In this document: positions 12,001 through 22,437 of the stretch, in pieces
How positions within the stretch are numbered: position 1 is the stretch's first letter
Layout: every line of letters starts with the position of its first letter
Assembly: GCF_000485595.1 (NCBI RefSeq)
Contig: NW_014577080.1
Span: forward strand, 71,458 to 105,149
Source: Priapulus caudatus
Taxonomy: Eukaryota
Direction of reading: 5' to 3'
DNA: 33,692 nt
The notes under the pieces: generated by a model
Told to the model about the DNA's origin: nothing
The model's input: the letters and a program-made list of their open reading frames with translations, nothing else
The model's database searches: none
Program-made: the position numbers and the translations under genes

Positions 12001-15000
12001 CGACCCGATCAGCATCTCCGGCACGTTGGCGGCGAGAGACAGAGACGTCGAGCGTTATCGTGAGCCGATACCCGAACCAGTGGTCGAACGCGACGCACGA
12101 ACGCACGATCCCGTCAGGGAGCGCGAAGCTGCCAGAGAGCGTGAAGCTGCCAGGGAGCGCGACGTTGCAAGAGATCGTGAAGCTGCCAGGGACCGTGACA
12201 CGGCAAGAGAACGTGACGTGGCGAGAGAGCGTGACGCGGCGAGAGAGCGTGACGCGGCGAGAGAGCGTGACGCGGCCAGGGAGCGTGACGCAGCGAGAGA
12301 ACGTGATGCTACCAGGGAGCGTGATGTGGCGAGGGATCGTGATGCTACCAGAGACCGTGATGCAGGCAGGGAGCGTGAGCCAGATCGGGAAAGGGGTCGG
12401 GACTCCGACAGCAGACAAAGGGAGCGAGGCGAAAGGGAGTCGAGACCGGAACAACGGGATGACGATCCGCGGAAGGATCGAGGGGAAAAGAAAGATGATG
12501 CCTCAAAAGATGCGGAAGAAAGGTAATTCATTCCTCAAGTCATTGTTAATTTGCCATCTGTAATGGAGCACTTCTAGTGCTATTTTCAGTACATTCTAAG
12601 CTATTTTGGTGCATTATAAGCACTGTTCTATGGAAGAACAGTGATTTTTGTCAGCGAGGCGGTGTTTTGGACAAATTTCTGTGTAGTGGCGGAGAATTTG
12701 AGCGAGGTGGCCCGCCTCGCTCGTGTCAATGCAGGGGAAACACTGCATATATATATATATATATATATTTGTATATATATATATATAGGGCAGTGTTTGC
12801 GGATTCAGAGACTTGGAGACTTACTGTGTTGTAGCAGAGAGAGCAGAAAGCGGGCAAGAGATGAAAAGGATGTGACGCCACCACCGTCGAAGAAGCAAAA
12901 AACAGAGTTTGAGTGGATGCAGAAGAAGGATTGGGAGATGACATGGAAGGTAAAGAAACATTAAAAACGGATGCGAAATGGCTCAGGCAGTTTTGCAACA
13001 GGTCTGGAACGGCTTGCAGAAACCAATATAGATGCGAAGAAACAAATTTATCTTGACAAAATTGATGTAAATTTAGCTCAATTCAACCGATGCTCTTGAT
13101 AAAGTCATGATTTGTCACGTTATTCCGATCGTTTTCATATTTTCGCAACCTTTACTATACCCCTTTATGTGTTTTTGTAAAAATTTAAATGAGTCGTAAT
13201 GTTTAGGAGCCCGAAGCAGAGAAAGAAGGAACTGAAAGCAAGACTCCACAAGTTCAAGAGACAGTGTCAGTGGAAGTAGAAGGCAGTCAGGAAGAAGGCA
13301 AAGAGAAAGATGTTGCATCTGATGTACCACCTGGTATTAACCCATATAATACAATTAAATGCATCTGTTATACTAACTAAAAACTATTGCAAGCTCTAAG
13401 ACTTGCTGATATGTCTATATAATTTGCCTTCACTTGATAATTTAGTTAACCAACAAAATATGAAATTCATAATGACAAAGTAATGAAGTGACAGAATTTT
13501 TTTCGAGGGGGATTACACACAACAGTGCAACGTTTGCTGTTAGGATAATACCCTGTTTTACAGAAACTCGTTATACATGGCACTTATTATACATGCTTGT
13601 GTTGTCTTCGTCGTCATACGTGTATTTTGTCTTACAGAACAAGCAGGAGGAGAGGGTTTTAGCGACGTTAGCGATGACTTTGATGATCTCATCAACAAAG
13701 TAAGATTCATGTAACAATGTAATAATAGTAATGGCTACGTTTTGATGGTGCATACAATATATAAATGTAAAACCTCATTGCACTAAAACTATATGCAAAC
13801 TTACGTACTTATTCTGTTTCTGAAATTCAGTTATTAATTTGGATTATCTATTTTCTCACAGATGTCAGATATGGAAGAAACTTCTCCTAAAGAAAGGGTG
13901 AATGAGGGTGAGGGGGAGGCTCCATTTTCCCCCACTAGAGCAGAGGTTATAGACGAAGTTAACGGAGGAGGGTAGGTACTATGTAGTGTGTTATGTTCTC
14001 TGCTTGTGTAAAAAAACGTTACATTGTGAAAATCAAAATTAAAACACTGGAGCACTAACTAGACTAGAGCTATCTGCGAATGCCGACATTTTCTGACATG
14101 ACATGTAAATGTATGCAGTTCAACGTGCATATCTTACGCTGGTTGTTGCTGCAGGCCCACACAGGACGCAGAGTTAAAGTCAGATGCTGCTGATCACGAC
14201 AAGGCTGAACAGTCCGCGGGTATAGACTCTGATCTGGAGGAAATCTCCGAGGATGAATTGGAGAACATCATTAAGGAGGATGAAACTGGCAAAGAGGAAG
14301 ATGAGGCTAGCAAAGAAGTGCAGGAGAAAGGTACTAGCTAGGCAGTTTCTGTACATGTGTTCTAACAGGATGATGCCGTAGTGGGTGTAAATTATCAGTT
14401 GCTGGATTCTGTCCTAGTCATTTATTTATGTACATGTTTGGTATGCAGACATGAGATTCTTCTTCAGATCGGCTGATTTCTGCAATTTTATCCATGCAAA
14501 TATATAAGGATATATAACTATTAAAATATACAATACTTGTATATATGTATATAGTAAAATATGCAGGGTGTTATAATCAGTGCGACTTTCTGTGCAATTG
14601 CTACCTATTCTATCAACAGATCCTGGTTTCTACTTACAATATCTCAGGAATTCGTGTAATTTTCTGAGAATTGCAATCGCGTTTGCACGTGTACGTTTTC
14701 ACCCATGCTGCATGGATAAAAATTATTAACATAAAAGTGCACTGCTCACTTGCCATACAGTTGGGGCTTGTGAAATATAATAATGGCAGTTCAGGTAAGC
14801 GCTGTATGGAGTGTTCAGTGGATATGTCAATTCCACTGCCTATCCAAAGGTTAAGGACTAAAAAACTATTTTTTCCGATTCAAAACTTTGAGTGTGAGAT
14901 CCTTTGAAATTGAGCCCAAAATATAGGAAATGCATGATTCAGGGTCTGAATTAAAAATGTGATCATCCTATTTAATTACCTTCCTATTAGCTAAAGATTG

Positions 15001-16557
15001 AGGTGTGTTTTACCAGATACCAGACCTGCCATTTTCAAAACCTATAAAGAATAAAGTGCAATACTTCATTCATGTTTTATTTAGTACTAGTTTTAGTGTA
15101 TACGGTGTGATAAAGTGTATTGCTAATAGTAATAAAGTAATAAATAGTAATAAAATTGCTTTTAAATTCATTTTAAGCCCAAAATTCATCATACCTGCTA
15201 TCTTCAAAATCCCCTAGCATCCGGAATCCCTAACATGCAGCTTTTTAATATGTTGTGATATTTGAGTGTCTGCATCGTGTATTCCATAGCGACTGACGTC
15301 TTGGATGTTGACTGGGACAGCTTAGTACATGGACCACAGCTAGAGGTGAAAGTACCAACGTCTGCACGAAAGCGCTTCTCCCTCTTTAATATCTTCTCTC
15401 GCATCGGTGTGTCGAAGGCATTGGCTGGGCCTGACCTGGTGAACAAGCTGAAGGAGATATGCCAGGCCGAACTGCGAGAATCCGGTATTGTTATAGCATC
15501 TTTACATCCAATTTCGGCGCTTCATGTGTTTTATTGATATGAAATGTACAATTATAATGGTCTGATATATATACAGATAACAGACGTTTATTTATTTTCA
15601 TTTTTTTGGATGGATTCATTTACATGCGTGTCGACGAACCTCATTTACGCCATTGAATGCGTTAAATGCCAAATTTACTATATTGGCGAAACAAAACGCT
15701 GCCTTGCGGATAGGTTTGTTGAACACCTAAGATCTATTCGCCTCAATTTCCATGGTTTTCCGGTTGCTGACCATTTTAACCAACCGGATCACCACATTGA
15801 TGACGTGCGTGTGTGTGGCTGCCAACTGACACCATATTACAATAGCTCACGTCGACACGTGACTGAGCAGAAATTAATTCTGAGGGTTGGTTGTTTAAAT
15901 CCAGGGGGCATGAACGTAAACTTTAATTACGTGTGATTTTTGAGTCCATTGCTTCCAAAGATTCTAGAATTCTTTGAGCGAGTTGTGTAATAACGATTAA
16001 AAAAAACCTGGTTTAAACGGCTTCTCTCCGACACCTTCTGCGCGTGATATGCTGTATCTAGGATTATTGTGAGTGGTTTCGAAAGCAGTTCAGATAGCAT
16101 AACTTCGTCGTTGCCAGGACAACCAGAGACAGAGCTGAAGCTGCTTAACGACGTGGCTGCCTTCCATGCCCGTGCGCAGCAAAAGAACACTCAGCGAGCG
16201 ACGGCCATCAGTGATATTGGACCCAGCAGGAGGGCGCTGTGTGCTCGTGCTGATATTGAGATCAGGCGAAAGCTGTGCAAACTCACTGAAAAGGTTAGCT
16301 GCTTAGCTGTGGTTCCCAGCAGATGATTGTACGAGAGTGTTACATGTTCGTGGAGGTTTAGTAGGTGACATGTTACTATATTTTTAAAATAAATATGCTG
16401 TAATGTGCAAATATAGAATATTGTGTAATTTTTGCAGGTTCACGACCATCCATATGTGGGCCACCCAGTGGATACAGAACTGTACTTGCAGAGCGTAAAA
16501 TTGTTCAGGAAAGCAGATAGTTATGCTATAGGCTCAGCTAGTATCTTACAAGTATGA
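2888..16557 (+). CDS. ZC3H13: Zinc finger CCCH domain-containing protein 13 (Flacc/Xio), m6A methyltransferase-complex adaptor; spliced gene, 20 coding exons, about 1463 aa
   Basis: Exons: 2888-2995, 3710-3837, 4510-4555, 4841-4973, 5238-5392, 8298-8487, 8845-8947, 9296-9400, 9490-11111, 11410-11490, 11669-11780, 11995-12522, 12835-12949, 13207-13333, 13638-13699, 13862-13971, 14155-14330, 15290-15484, 16118-16293, 16438-16557. All introns are GT-AG, phases match, and the sum is 4392 nt. ZC3H13 hallmarks in order: SVFDRLG; C-x8-C-x5-C-x3-H finger; DYQEVLLLEKQRQKLQREL coil; R/D/E low-complexity middle; C-terminal EEISEDEL / DVDWDSL / RIGVSKALAG / GPSRRALCARADIEIRRKL / VDTELYLQSVKLF. Confidence 0.93.
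3710..3837 (+). CDS. ZC3H13: ZC3H13 exon 2, CCCH zinc finger
   Basis: acacag|AGA; CRIFLRSGNCPYGAKCKFLH; donor AG|gtaccg, phase 2. Confidence 0.92.
4510..4555 (+). CDS. ZC3H13: ZC3H13 exon 3
   Basis: ttacag|G; DKERLSGKEEISPGK; AAG|gtatct. Supplies the phase 2 to phase 0 bridge needed between exons 2 and 4. Confidence 0.8.
4841..4973 (+). CDS. ZC3H13: ZC3H13 exon 4
   Basis: ttttattcag|CAT; HGRHVGESGESRKRRK...DDSGNYD; G|gtaaga, phase 1. Confidence 0.85.
5238..5392 (+). CDS. ZC3H13: ZC3H13 exon 5, conserved coiled-coil
   Basis: ttggcag|AT; DWKAKKEKEKMMDYQEVLLLEKQRQKLQRELELELQREQETEARQNIVIAKR; |gtatgc, phase 0. Confidence 0.88.
5592..6630. mobile_element. Nested MITE with long TIRs and TTA target duplication (PIF/Harbinger-like)
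   Basis: tta|gcagcattct ... agaatgctgc|tta; 6075-6205 is the imperfect reverse complement of about 6483-6606; it interrupts the outer element's left TIR at gcgTTAagg. Confidence 0.7.
5613..6066. repeat. About 450 nt impure poly(A) run, probably a sequencing or gap-fill artefact
   Basis: Replaces a short aaaataaac seen in the opposite TIR arm; neighbouring sequence is indel-rich relative to its partner arm. Confidence 0.8.
8298..8487 (+). CDS. ZC3H13: ZC3H13 exon 6, poly-Ser
   Basis: Tandem acceptor cag|cag| (start 8298 or 8301); VSESSGDSDSSSG...SPSPVKHKKH; A|gtgagt, phase 1. Confidence 0.85.
8845..8947 (+). CDS. ZC3H13: ZC3H13 exon 7
   Basis: gttacag|AG; KVEHKSCKTSASPAGSKHKQRVQEIPAMAHKKK; AA|gtaagt, phase 2. 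Confidence 0.8.
9296..9400 (+). CDS. ZC3H13: ZC3H13 exon 8
   Basis: tttcag|A; VQRYEAKLLSLKEKKALKRDASSSSEPEVPKRKN; AA|gtaggt, phase 2. Confidence 0.8.
9490..11111 (+). CDS. ZC3H13: ZC3H13 exon 9, 1622 nt; K/R/S-rich region followed by LDDRR repeats
   Basis: Matches ORF 9491-11143; acceptor taccag|G, donor GAAG|gtacat, phase 1. Confidence 0.9.
11410..11490 (+). CDS. ZC3H13: ZC3H13 exon 10
   Basis: catcag|AA; ELFRGLHGSRSPFGLERDPYRSLLAAR; G|gtgtga; symmetric phase 1-1. Confidence 0.72.
11669..11780 (+). CDS. ZC3H13: ZC3H13 exon 11
   Basis: ttgcgtag|GA; TEVLDPRERFAADRFPELPLEDRTSPWFEARGPALN; CG|gtatct; phase 1 to 2 bridge. Confidence 0.78.
11995..12522 (+). CDS. ZC3H13: ZC3H13 exon 12, (ARERDA)n mixed-charge repeat
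   Basis: ttctag|G; lies within ORF 11963-12526; AG|gtaatt, phase 2. Confidence 0.9.
12639..12745. mobile_element. Small MITE-like relic (CAGTG...CACTG ends) in ZC3H13 intron 12
   Basis: Terminal cagtg/cactg, internal inverted agcgaggcgg/ccgcctcgct, followed by (TA)n; no target duplication found. Confidence 0.4.
12835..12949 (+). CDS. ZC3H13: ZC3H13 exon 13
   Basis: Tandem acceptor tag|cag|; RESRKRARDEKDVTPPPSKKQKTEFEWMQKKDWEMTWK (bipartite-NLS-like); AAG|gtaaag. Confidence 0.82.
13207..13333 (+). CDS. ZC3H13: ZC3H13 exon 14
   Basis: gtttag|GAG; acidic EPEAEKEGTESKTPQ...DVPP; G|gtatta. Confidence 0.8.
13638..13699 (+). CDS. ZC3H13: ZC3H13 exon 15
   Basis: cttacag|AA; EQAGGEGFSDVSDDFDDLINK; |gtaaga. 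Confidence 0.82.
13862..13971 (+). CDS. ZC3H13: ZC3H13 exon 16
   Basis: ttttctcacag|ATG; MSDMEETSPKERVNEGEGEAPFSPTRAEVIDEVNGG; GG|gtaggt. Confidence 0.8.
14155..14330 (+). CDS. ZC3H13: ZC3H13 exon 17
   Basis: gctgcag|G; ...DSDLEEISEDELENIIKED...; G|gtacta. Confidence 0.88.
15290..15484 (+). CDS. ZC3H13: ZC3H13 exon 18, conserved C-terminal domain
   Basis: ttccatag|CG; TDVLDVDWDSL...RIGVSKALAGPDLVNKLKEICQ; G|gtattg, phase 1. Confidence 0.92.
15610..15936 (+). mobile_element. Penelope-like element fragment: GIY-YIG endonuclease domain in ZC3H13 intron 18
   Basis: SFTCVSTNLIYAIECVKCQIYYIGETKRCLADRFVEHLRSI...PVADHFN...TEQKLI...NPGGMN then stop: GIY/YIG motifs with intervening CxxC, two His, and conserved R, E and N, as in PLE endonucleases. 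No RT upstream. Confidence 0.88.
16118..16293 (+). CDS. ZC3H13: ZC3H13 exon 19, conserved C-terminal domain
   Basis: ttgccag|GA; ...ISDIGPSRRALCARADIEIRRKLCKLTEK; AAG|gttagc. Confidence 0.9.
16438..16557 (+). CDS. ZC3H13: ZC3H13 exon 20, last coding exon
   Basis: tttttgcag|GTT; VHDHPYVGHPVDTELYLQSVKLFRKADSYAIGSASILQV then TGA. Confidence 0.9.
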   Translation, partial: VHDHPYVGHPVDTELYLQSVKLFRKADSYAIGSASILQV

Positions 16558-17549
16558 TTTATGTGATACATCCCATCGTCAGTTGTCAATTGAATGATGA
16601 TGAATGCTATACATAGCAATGGTTACACGATTCATAAAAGTAAAACGATTCCACGTTAATACATGTAATATTGGCAAATATTATACTGGTGGGAAATATT
16701 TTTAAAAAAGAAACATAAAATGTGAAATTCCTGTTTTTATGGCCAGTATATTTTAATGGTAAGGCATGGTTACATTGGTAGACATACAATTACGTGCAAC
16801 GGAGCAGGTCTCAGTAGAGAATGGAATTTCCAAATGTAATCTCGCCATCAGACACTGACACTATCGTTGAATATTGTGGGAAGAAACGTTTCCACTCGTT
16901 GTTTTATGTAATCACTGATAGCCCAGTATAGATATGTCATGAAGTATTGAAATGCTATTTGTCAAACATCTGTAACTGGCAATTTGTAATTGAATTGTAA
17001 AACTAAAAGATTTTAGTTCATCGGTAATGGATCTTATTAGAATGAGATCATTTTGTTGTCTGCTTCACAGTTTGGGTGACTGATATAAGGTTGCTGTAAC
17101 GTGTTGTCCTCAATTTCAGTTCGTGCGTGCTTTATCCACTGTTATTCGATCATTTCATTTTCTTGTAGACATTCATTATTACCCAGCTGTCTTATCTTTC
17201 TTATCTGTCCCATCCTTCTTTATTGCGACCAGCAACATTTCATGTTCCTTAGCTGCTATTATACTGTTTCCACTTTCCGAGCCCTTTACTATATGTCCTA
17301 TAGTCGATGGTCCTATAGTCGGTCAGCTTGGCCTATTATCATTTGGTCAGTATGCTCTTTCATAAATATTTTATTTCACTGCTGTAATTAAACTGTGAGG
17401 CGGTATGCGCATTCGTATTACGTCATATTGATTTTATAACTCGTCTGATATTGTTCAGCTTGCGTATATGATTTCCGCGCTCGTGCAGTAATGATCTCTA
17501 ATCACATCGAGCTTGTAAAATGGCACTCGTGTCCGTTCGTACGCATGGA

Positions 17550-17599
17550 CGCGCACGCACGCTCGCACACGCGTGCAGACACACACACACACACACGCA

Positions 17600-17631
<32 letters not shown>

Positions 17632-17637
17632 CACACA
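17550..17637. repeat. (CA)n/(CGCA)n compound microsatellite
   Basis: Read directly. Confidence 0.9.
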
Positions 17638-18636
17638 AACCCATGCGCACAATTCATTACCACCTTCCTATGACTATCTCTGTCGCTGTCTCACTCTTCC
17701 GTATGGTTAGCCATCGTATCATATTTCGTTATAATTATAAGTAAATTTTCTCTGGATATGAAATAAAAAATGAAGATGCATGGTTGACGTGAAAAGTAGC
17801 AGGTGCGAATCTCAATTGAATGAATGACGTCTTTCGCGAAATCTCATCTTCCAGGTATCATCACCATATATCACTCCCATAGCTAAATGTTGTTCACTTT
17901 AATCATGGTCTGAGTTGCATGAGATTACTTATCTGATTGCCTATAATTATTGGTGCTGCGAATAGTGCACGCTAGAGCCAAAGTTCATCTGTCCGCTATC
18001 CTCACATGGAAAAGACATCTATCGCGAGTAATTTCAGTATATCAAACGTGTAATACAGATTATATTATATTTATGAAAATCAGAACATATCGTATATTTT
18101 TTGGTTTTGGTATAAAAATATTTAGTGTGATCATAGATATATAAAAAAGCACGCACGGGCGCACACACAAATGTCGATTGTATATATCTCTGGCCCGATA
18201 CACATGTTGTAGGCCTATCTGTAGCTACGCCCGCAGTATTAACGTCTTATAATCTTTCTAAGCTTGGCAAAAATTCCAACTGGTGATTAATAGATGTTCA
18301 CGAACGTTTTGTAGATAAAGTGATTACGTCACTGTAAATAGTAAAAGTAAAAAAAACATTTCCACTTTTTCACAAAATATAAGTAATTCTGTTCACTTTT
18401 TATGGTTAAATTGCTGCGTTATACTTCCTATTTTACTATATTGTTAGATGTAAACATACACTCGTGACTCATACATAGCCCATAGCAAGCAATTAATGTC
18501 AGGATCATAATATCAAATCGTCCAGGTTTTTTAGATTTTTAACTAGTTGAGAAACAATCTTATCAGGTAAGAATTTGACGATACATTTAGTCCCGTTAGT
18601 AGGCCTACTTACTTTTAATGTAAAAAAATGGTGACA

Positions 18637-18866
18637 AAATTTTTACAATATACACCATAGAAAATTCGTAACGTAGTCAATTTAAGAATTATGACGTGCG
18701 AAATTCTGTTGTTATAATACAACAACAGAATTTCGCACATCATAACAATTCTTAAATTGACTACGTTACGAATTTTCTATGGTGTATATTGTAAAAAAAT
18801 TTGTTGTGAATTTTTGGTGTATAATATAACAACAGAATTTCGCACGTCATAACAATTCTTAAATTA
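18637..18866. repeat. About 165 bp near-perfect palindrome plus a partial third arm copy
   Basis: About 18637-18714 is the reverse complement of about 18720-18802; 18826-18865 repeats aacaacagaatttcgcacrtcataacaattcttaaatt. Confidence 0.85.
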
Positions 18867-18949
18867 CATATTATCAAGAGCGTATTAATTAAGAAGGACG
18901 CGCGAGGCAGCACCGACATGCTCGTTATGCAGCTACCAGGTCACGCCAC

Positions 18950-19330
18950 TTCCGTTCCGGACTCGTAGATACAGCCACTATACGGTTCTGAAATCGTAGT
19001 TCCAGCCACTACAGGTCCGGAATCGTAGACGAGGACATAATCTGTTTAGGACTCGTGGGTTCGAATGTACACATGTTCCGGCTTCATGAATCCGGACACG
19101 TTCCGGACTCGTAGGCCCGGACATAACTTGTTCCGGATTCGTAAGCCTGGATCGACACATCACGGATCTGGACTCGTGGATCTAGGCAGTCGTTTCAGAC
19201 TCATGGACTCATGGACTTCAACACCCACCGGATACGACTGATCCGTTATGTCACATGTTATATACACATGTTACAGACTCATAGAACCACCGCACACAAC
19301 TGATCCGTGTACACCCGTTTTGGACACGGA
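18950..19330. repeat. Degenerate tandem array, period about 30 bp, core ttccggactcgtrg
   Basis: About nine diverged copies of the core, for example near 18955, 19015, 19046, 19101, 19131 and 19168. Confidence 0.65.
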
Positions 19331-20383
19331 CGAAAAAATGCGAAAACATGAATGCAAACGAAAATAAAGCTCTGAATATAAGACATCAAGCCGCAGCGCA
19401 GCATCTTAGGGGGGAACTCTGGACAATATTTCTTGTGCTTTCAACGCACGTGTAATTGTGTAGGTACATATGGCGGCACGAGTAGCTTTGTCTCCTCGAC
19501 CGCGATCTCACGGTAAGACCTGATTAGGTGTTAGGTTTAGTAGGAGAGGCAGGCAGGTGACAAGACCGCTGGGAGCTGGCACAAGATCGATCGTCAGATC
19601 AATGTATTTCGGGCCGCGCGACCACAGCAGCTAAGTTGTTGCTTGGACGCAAACACGCGCAGCAGCAGGCGTCCGTCCTCGTCGTACGCATCCTTCTCGT
19701 GACACCTGCCAACACGTACGTCAACACACGGCTGATGCCCGTGATTGACCTTTGCCAAGTGTTTACTTCACGTTGAGAGGTAGGCGACAAGGGGGAGGGG
19801 GGAGTCGCACATATTTCTACGTATAGTGAGTGCTGTGTGTTTCATCGAATTTCTGCTGAAACCTTTACCTGTGCCCACCATATAAGATCACGATAATTAG
19901 AGCACTGTATATAACAATGAAATCGTGCATTATATATTTTCAACTCTACAATATTCACTGCTCGAGACAACATATTGTATCGAGCAGTGAATATTGTCGA
20001 GTCGAAAATATTCATTATTATTAGAACACATATTCAAGTAGGGTTGTCTAAATTACATCTTGCTTAATTAAATGACGCGTAAAATCACGATAAGCCGTTC
20101 ACTCTTCCTATACTGTAACCGATCATATTTGTGAGCCGAGATTACCCGTACATCTACCTTAGAACCTTAAAATTCCAGTAAATCCAAAAACACCCAGTTG
20201 CAGATCCTTGTAAGGGGAAGCGTAAATAATCTTAATCACTTCAATCTTGCACGCTCCCTGACATATGATACTACCTACACACACGCAATACTGACATACT
20301 ATCCCCGGAATACCACTGTCTTACCAGTAAGTTATAGTCCACTGTGTTAGTGATTTATGAGCTATAGTGGCCTTTCACAACCA

Positions 20384-20528
20384 CGCACGCGCGGACGCAC
20401 GCACACACGCGGGAACGCACGTACGTACGTACGTATGCACGCACGCACGCACACAGCACACGCACGCCACGCACGCACGCACACACACACACACACACAC
20501 TACGCACGCACGCACGCGCGCGCGCCGC

Positions 20529-20565
<37 letters not shown>

Positions 20566-20622
20566 CACCACACACACACACACACACACACGCACACACA
20601 TAACACACAGTCACACACACAC

Positions 20623-20680
<58 letters not shown>

Positions 20681-20736
20681 CACACACAGTCACACCACAC
20701 GCACCACCACACACACACACATCACACACACACACA

Positions 20737-20782
<46 letters not shown>

Positions 20783-20787
20783 ACACC
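20384..20787. repeat. Long impure (CA)n/(CGCA)n/(CGTA)n microsatellite
   Basis: Read directly. Confidence 0.95.
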
Positions 20788-21299
20788 ATTTAGGCCTGAG
20801 TTTATATAAGACCATGTAAGTTGAAACAGCCAGATGGTAACGCAAAATAACAGACCGTAACTCAAGCTGCGTAATTAAGCAGTCGACATTTCACAAGACG
20901 AATGCCATAGAAAGGATAAAAACACAGCAGAACAAGTGAACGTACCGTGTTCGCTTTTTCGTGTCGCGCCCGCATGCCGCGAACAGCTTCTGTGTAGCAG
21001 TTATTCTTTGTCTGCCATGTGTTCTAAGCCTGCTTAGAATGTCGCCACGATACACTGNNNNNNNNNNNNNNNNNNNNNNNNNCTAAGCCTTGCTAGAATG
21101 GTCGCACGCGATAACACTGGCGAGATGAGCCCTCCTGCACCCCACCCACCCGGGCGAACAAAGAATGAGAGGCCCTGTTTGTTCTTCAACATTGGCTGCT
21201 ATCGATCGCAGTTCGCGTGGCGTCATAGGAAACGCACGACGGGATCGCATGAAGACACGAAGGAACGAGTCGGCATTTGACGGCATTCGGCAGCGAGCA

Positions 21300-22166
21300 G
21301 TGCTCGGGCGGTGCTGAAGGCTAAGCGCAGAAGATCCTCTAGGACATTCTGCTAAAAGCGGCTCGAGGCACGCCTGCCGCTGGCGGTAGCACGCACGCAC
21401 GCCACCGCACGCACGACGCGGATGCAGTGTTCAGCGAAAGGCAATCGTGTACAAATATCACGAGATGATGGGGGGATTTTTCAGCAAAAGCTATTCGTGA
21501 CGCGCGCACTGCCAATAGGCGAAAGTAAACGCGCGGTGTCCGGGTCTACCTAGGGGCTTTATCCGCAGCCGCCGCTGCGAACACTTTGTCTATGACAAGT
21601 ACCGGGTGATAATGTGTAATGCTGCGGGGCAAATATTTCTTGCGATGGCGGGCGCAGCGCCTTCAATGCAATCCAATATTGAAAGGTATATATAGATATG
21701 AGGATATATGATAGATAGATCTTGATAAGAATTATGTGTATAGATAATAATATATAGTAGACTAAGTTAGATATATATATATTGCGCCCGCACAGCATGG
21801 GCGCCGGTCATCTTTTGTTCACGTGTTGAAAAATGGTCTGAAATCGCTATAAGTGCACTAGAAGACGGCGGACGAACGATCGAACGGGTTTAATGTTCCG
21901 CTGTACTATACGCTCCACGCGCCGTTCACGGCGTCTGGCAAACAGAGAAAAAACAGTGCAGAGAGAGATGCTCTGAAAGGTTTCGCCCTCTGGGTAGGGA
22001 TTCCTTACATACGCAGGCTGCGTGCACCGGCTGCCACACACCCCTACGAGAAATTGGAATACCCCTGCGCTGCGTCGTATCGATCTCCATGGCAGCAGCG
22101 CAGCTCCGAAATCCCATCTCCCCTAGTGACTGTATTTACGTAGGTACTTACATATTATAATTTCGC

Positions 22167-22197
<31 letters not shown>

Positions 22198-22412
22198 CAT
22201 CTGCAGAGAGTGAACGCATACAGGAACATCGGCAGCAAACGGCTGACGCTAAGGCATTTTTTAATCGAGAAATCAACATACGAAATCGCAAGCATGATGT
22301 GAGAACGTGAACGATCGCTGTCTGAGTAAAGAAGCCCGAAGGATAACTCGAACCTGTGAAAGGCGCCGGTAACGCGATGCAACGTGTATAACAGCAGCAC
22401 ACTGAAACCAAC
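21300..22412 (+). promoter_or_regulatory. Probable Syt4 promoter/5' UTR region: CpG-rich, with (CT)n tract at 22172-22197
   Basis: Directly upstream of the inferred first coding exon; CCAAT near 21512; transcription start cannot be located. Confidence 0.35.
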
Positions 22413-22437
22413 ATGGCGAAGTTAGACGAAACATCTG
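22413..22437 (+). CDS. Syt4: Syt4 coding exon 1 (MAKLDETS)
   Basis: Strong start context ccaacATGG and consensus donor G|gtaagt; phase 1 matches the acceptor at 31174. Confidence 0.75.

Noticed and set aside
9553..12563. Long antisense and alternate-frame ORFs over exons 9 and 12
   Set aside because: Expected shadows of GC-rich repetitive coding sequence; no recognisable domains.
16558..17770. ZC3H13 polyadenylation signal
   Set aside because: Several candidates (ATTAAA near 17387, AATAAA at 17762) cannot be distinguished without transcript data.
20355..20809. His-Thr and Val-Cys repeat ORFs (also 17455-17744, 29920-30322)
   Set aside because: (CA)n and (GA)n microsatellite translations.
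21024..21120. 35 bp duplication either side of the 25-N gap
   Set aside because: Looks like an unmerged, error-rich contig overlap.
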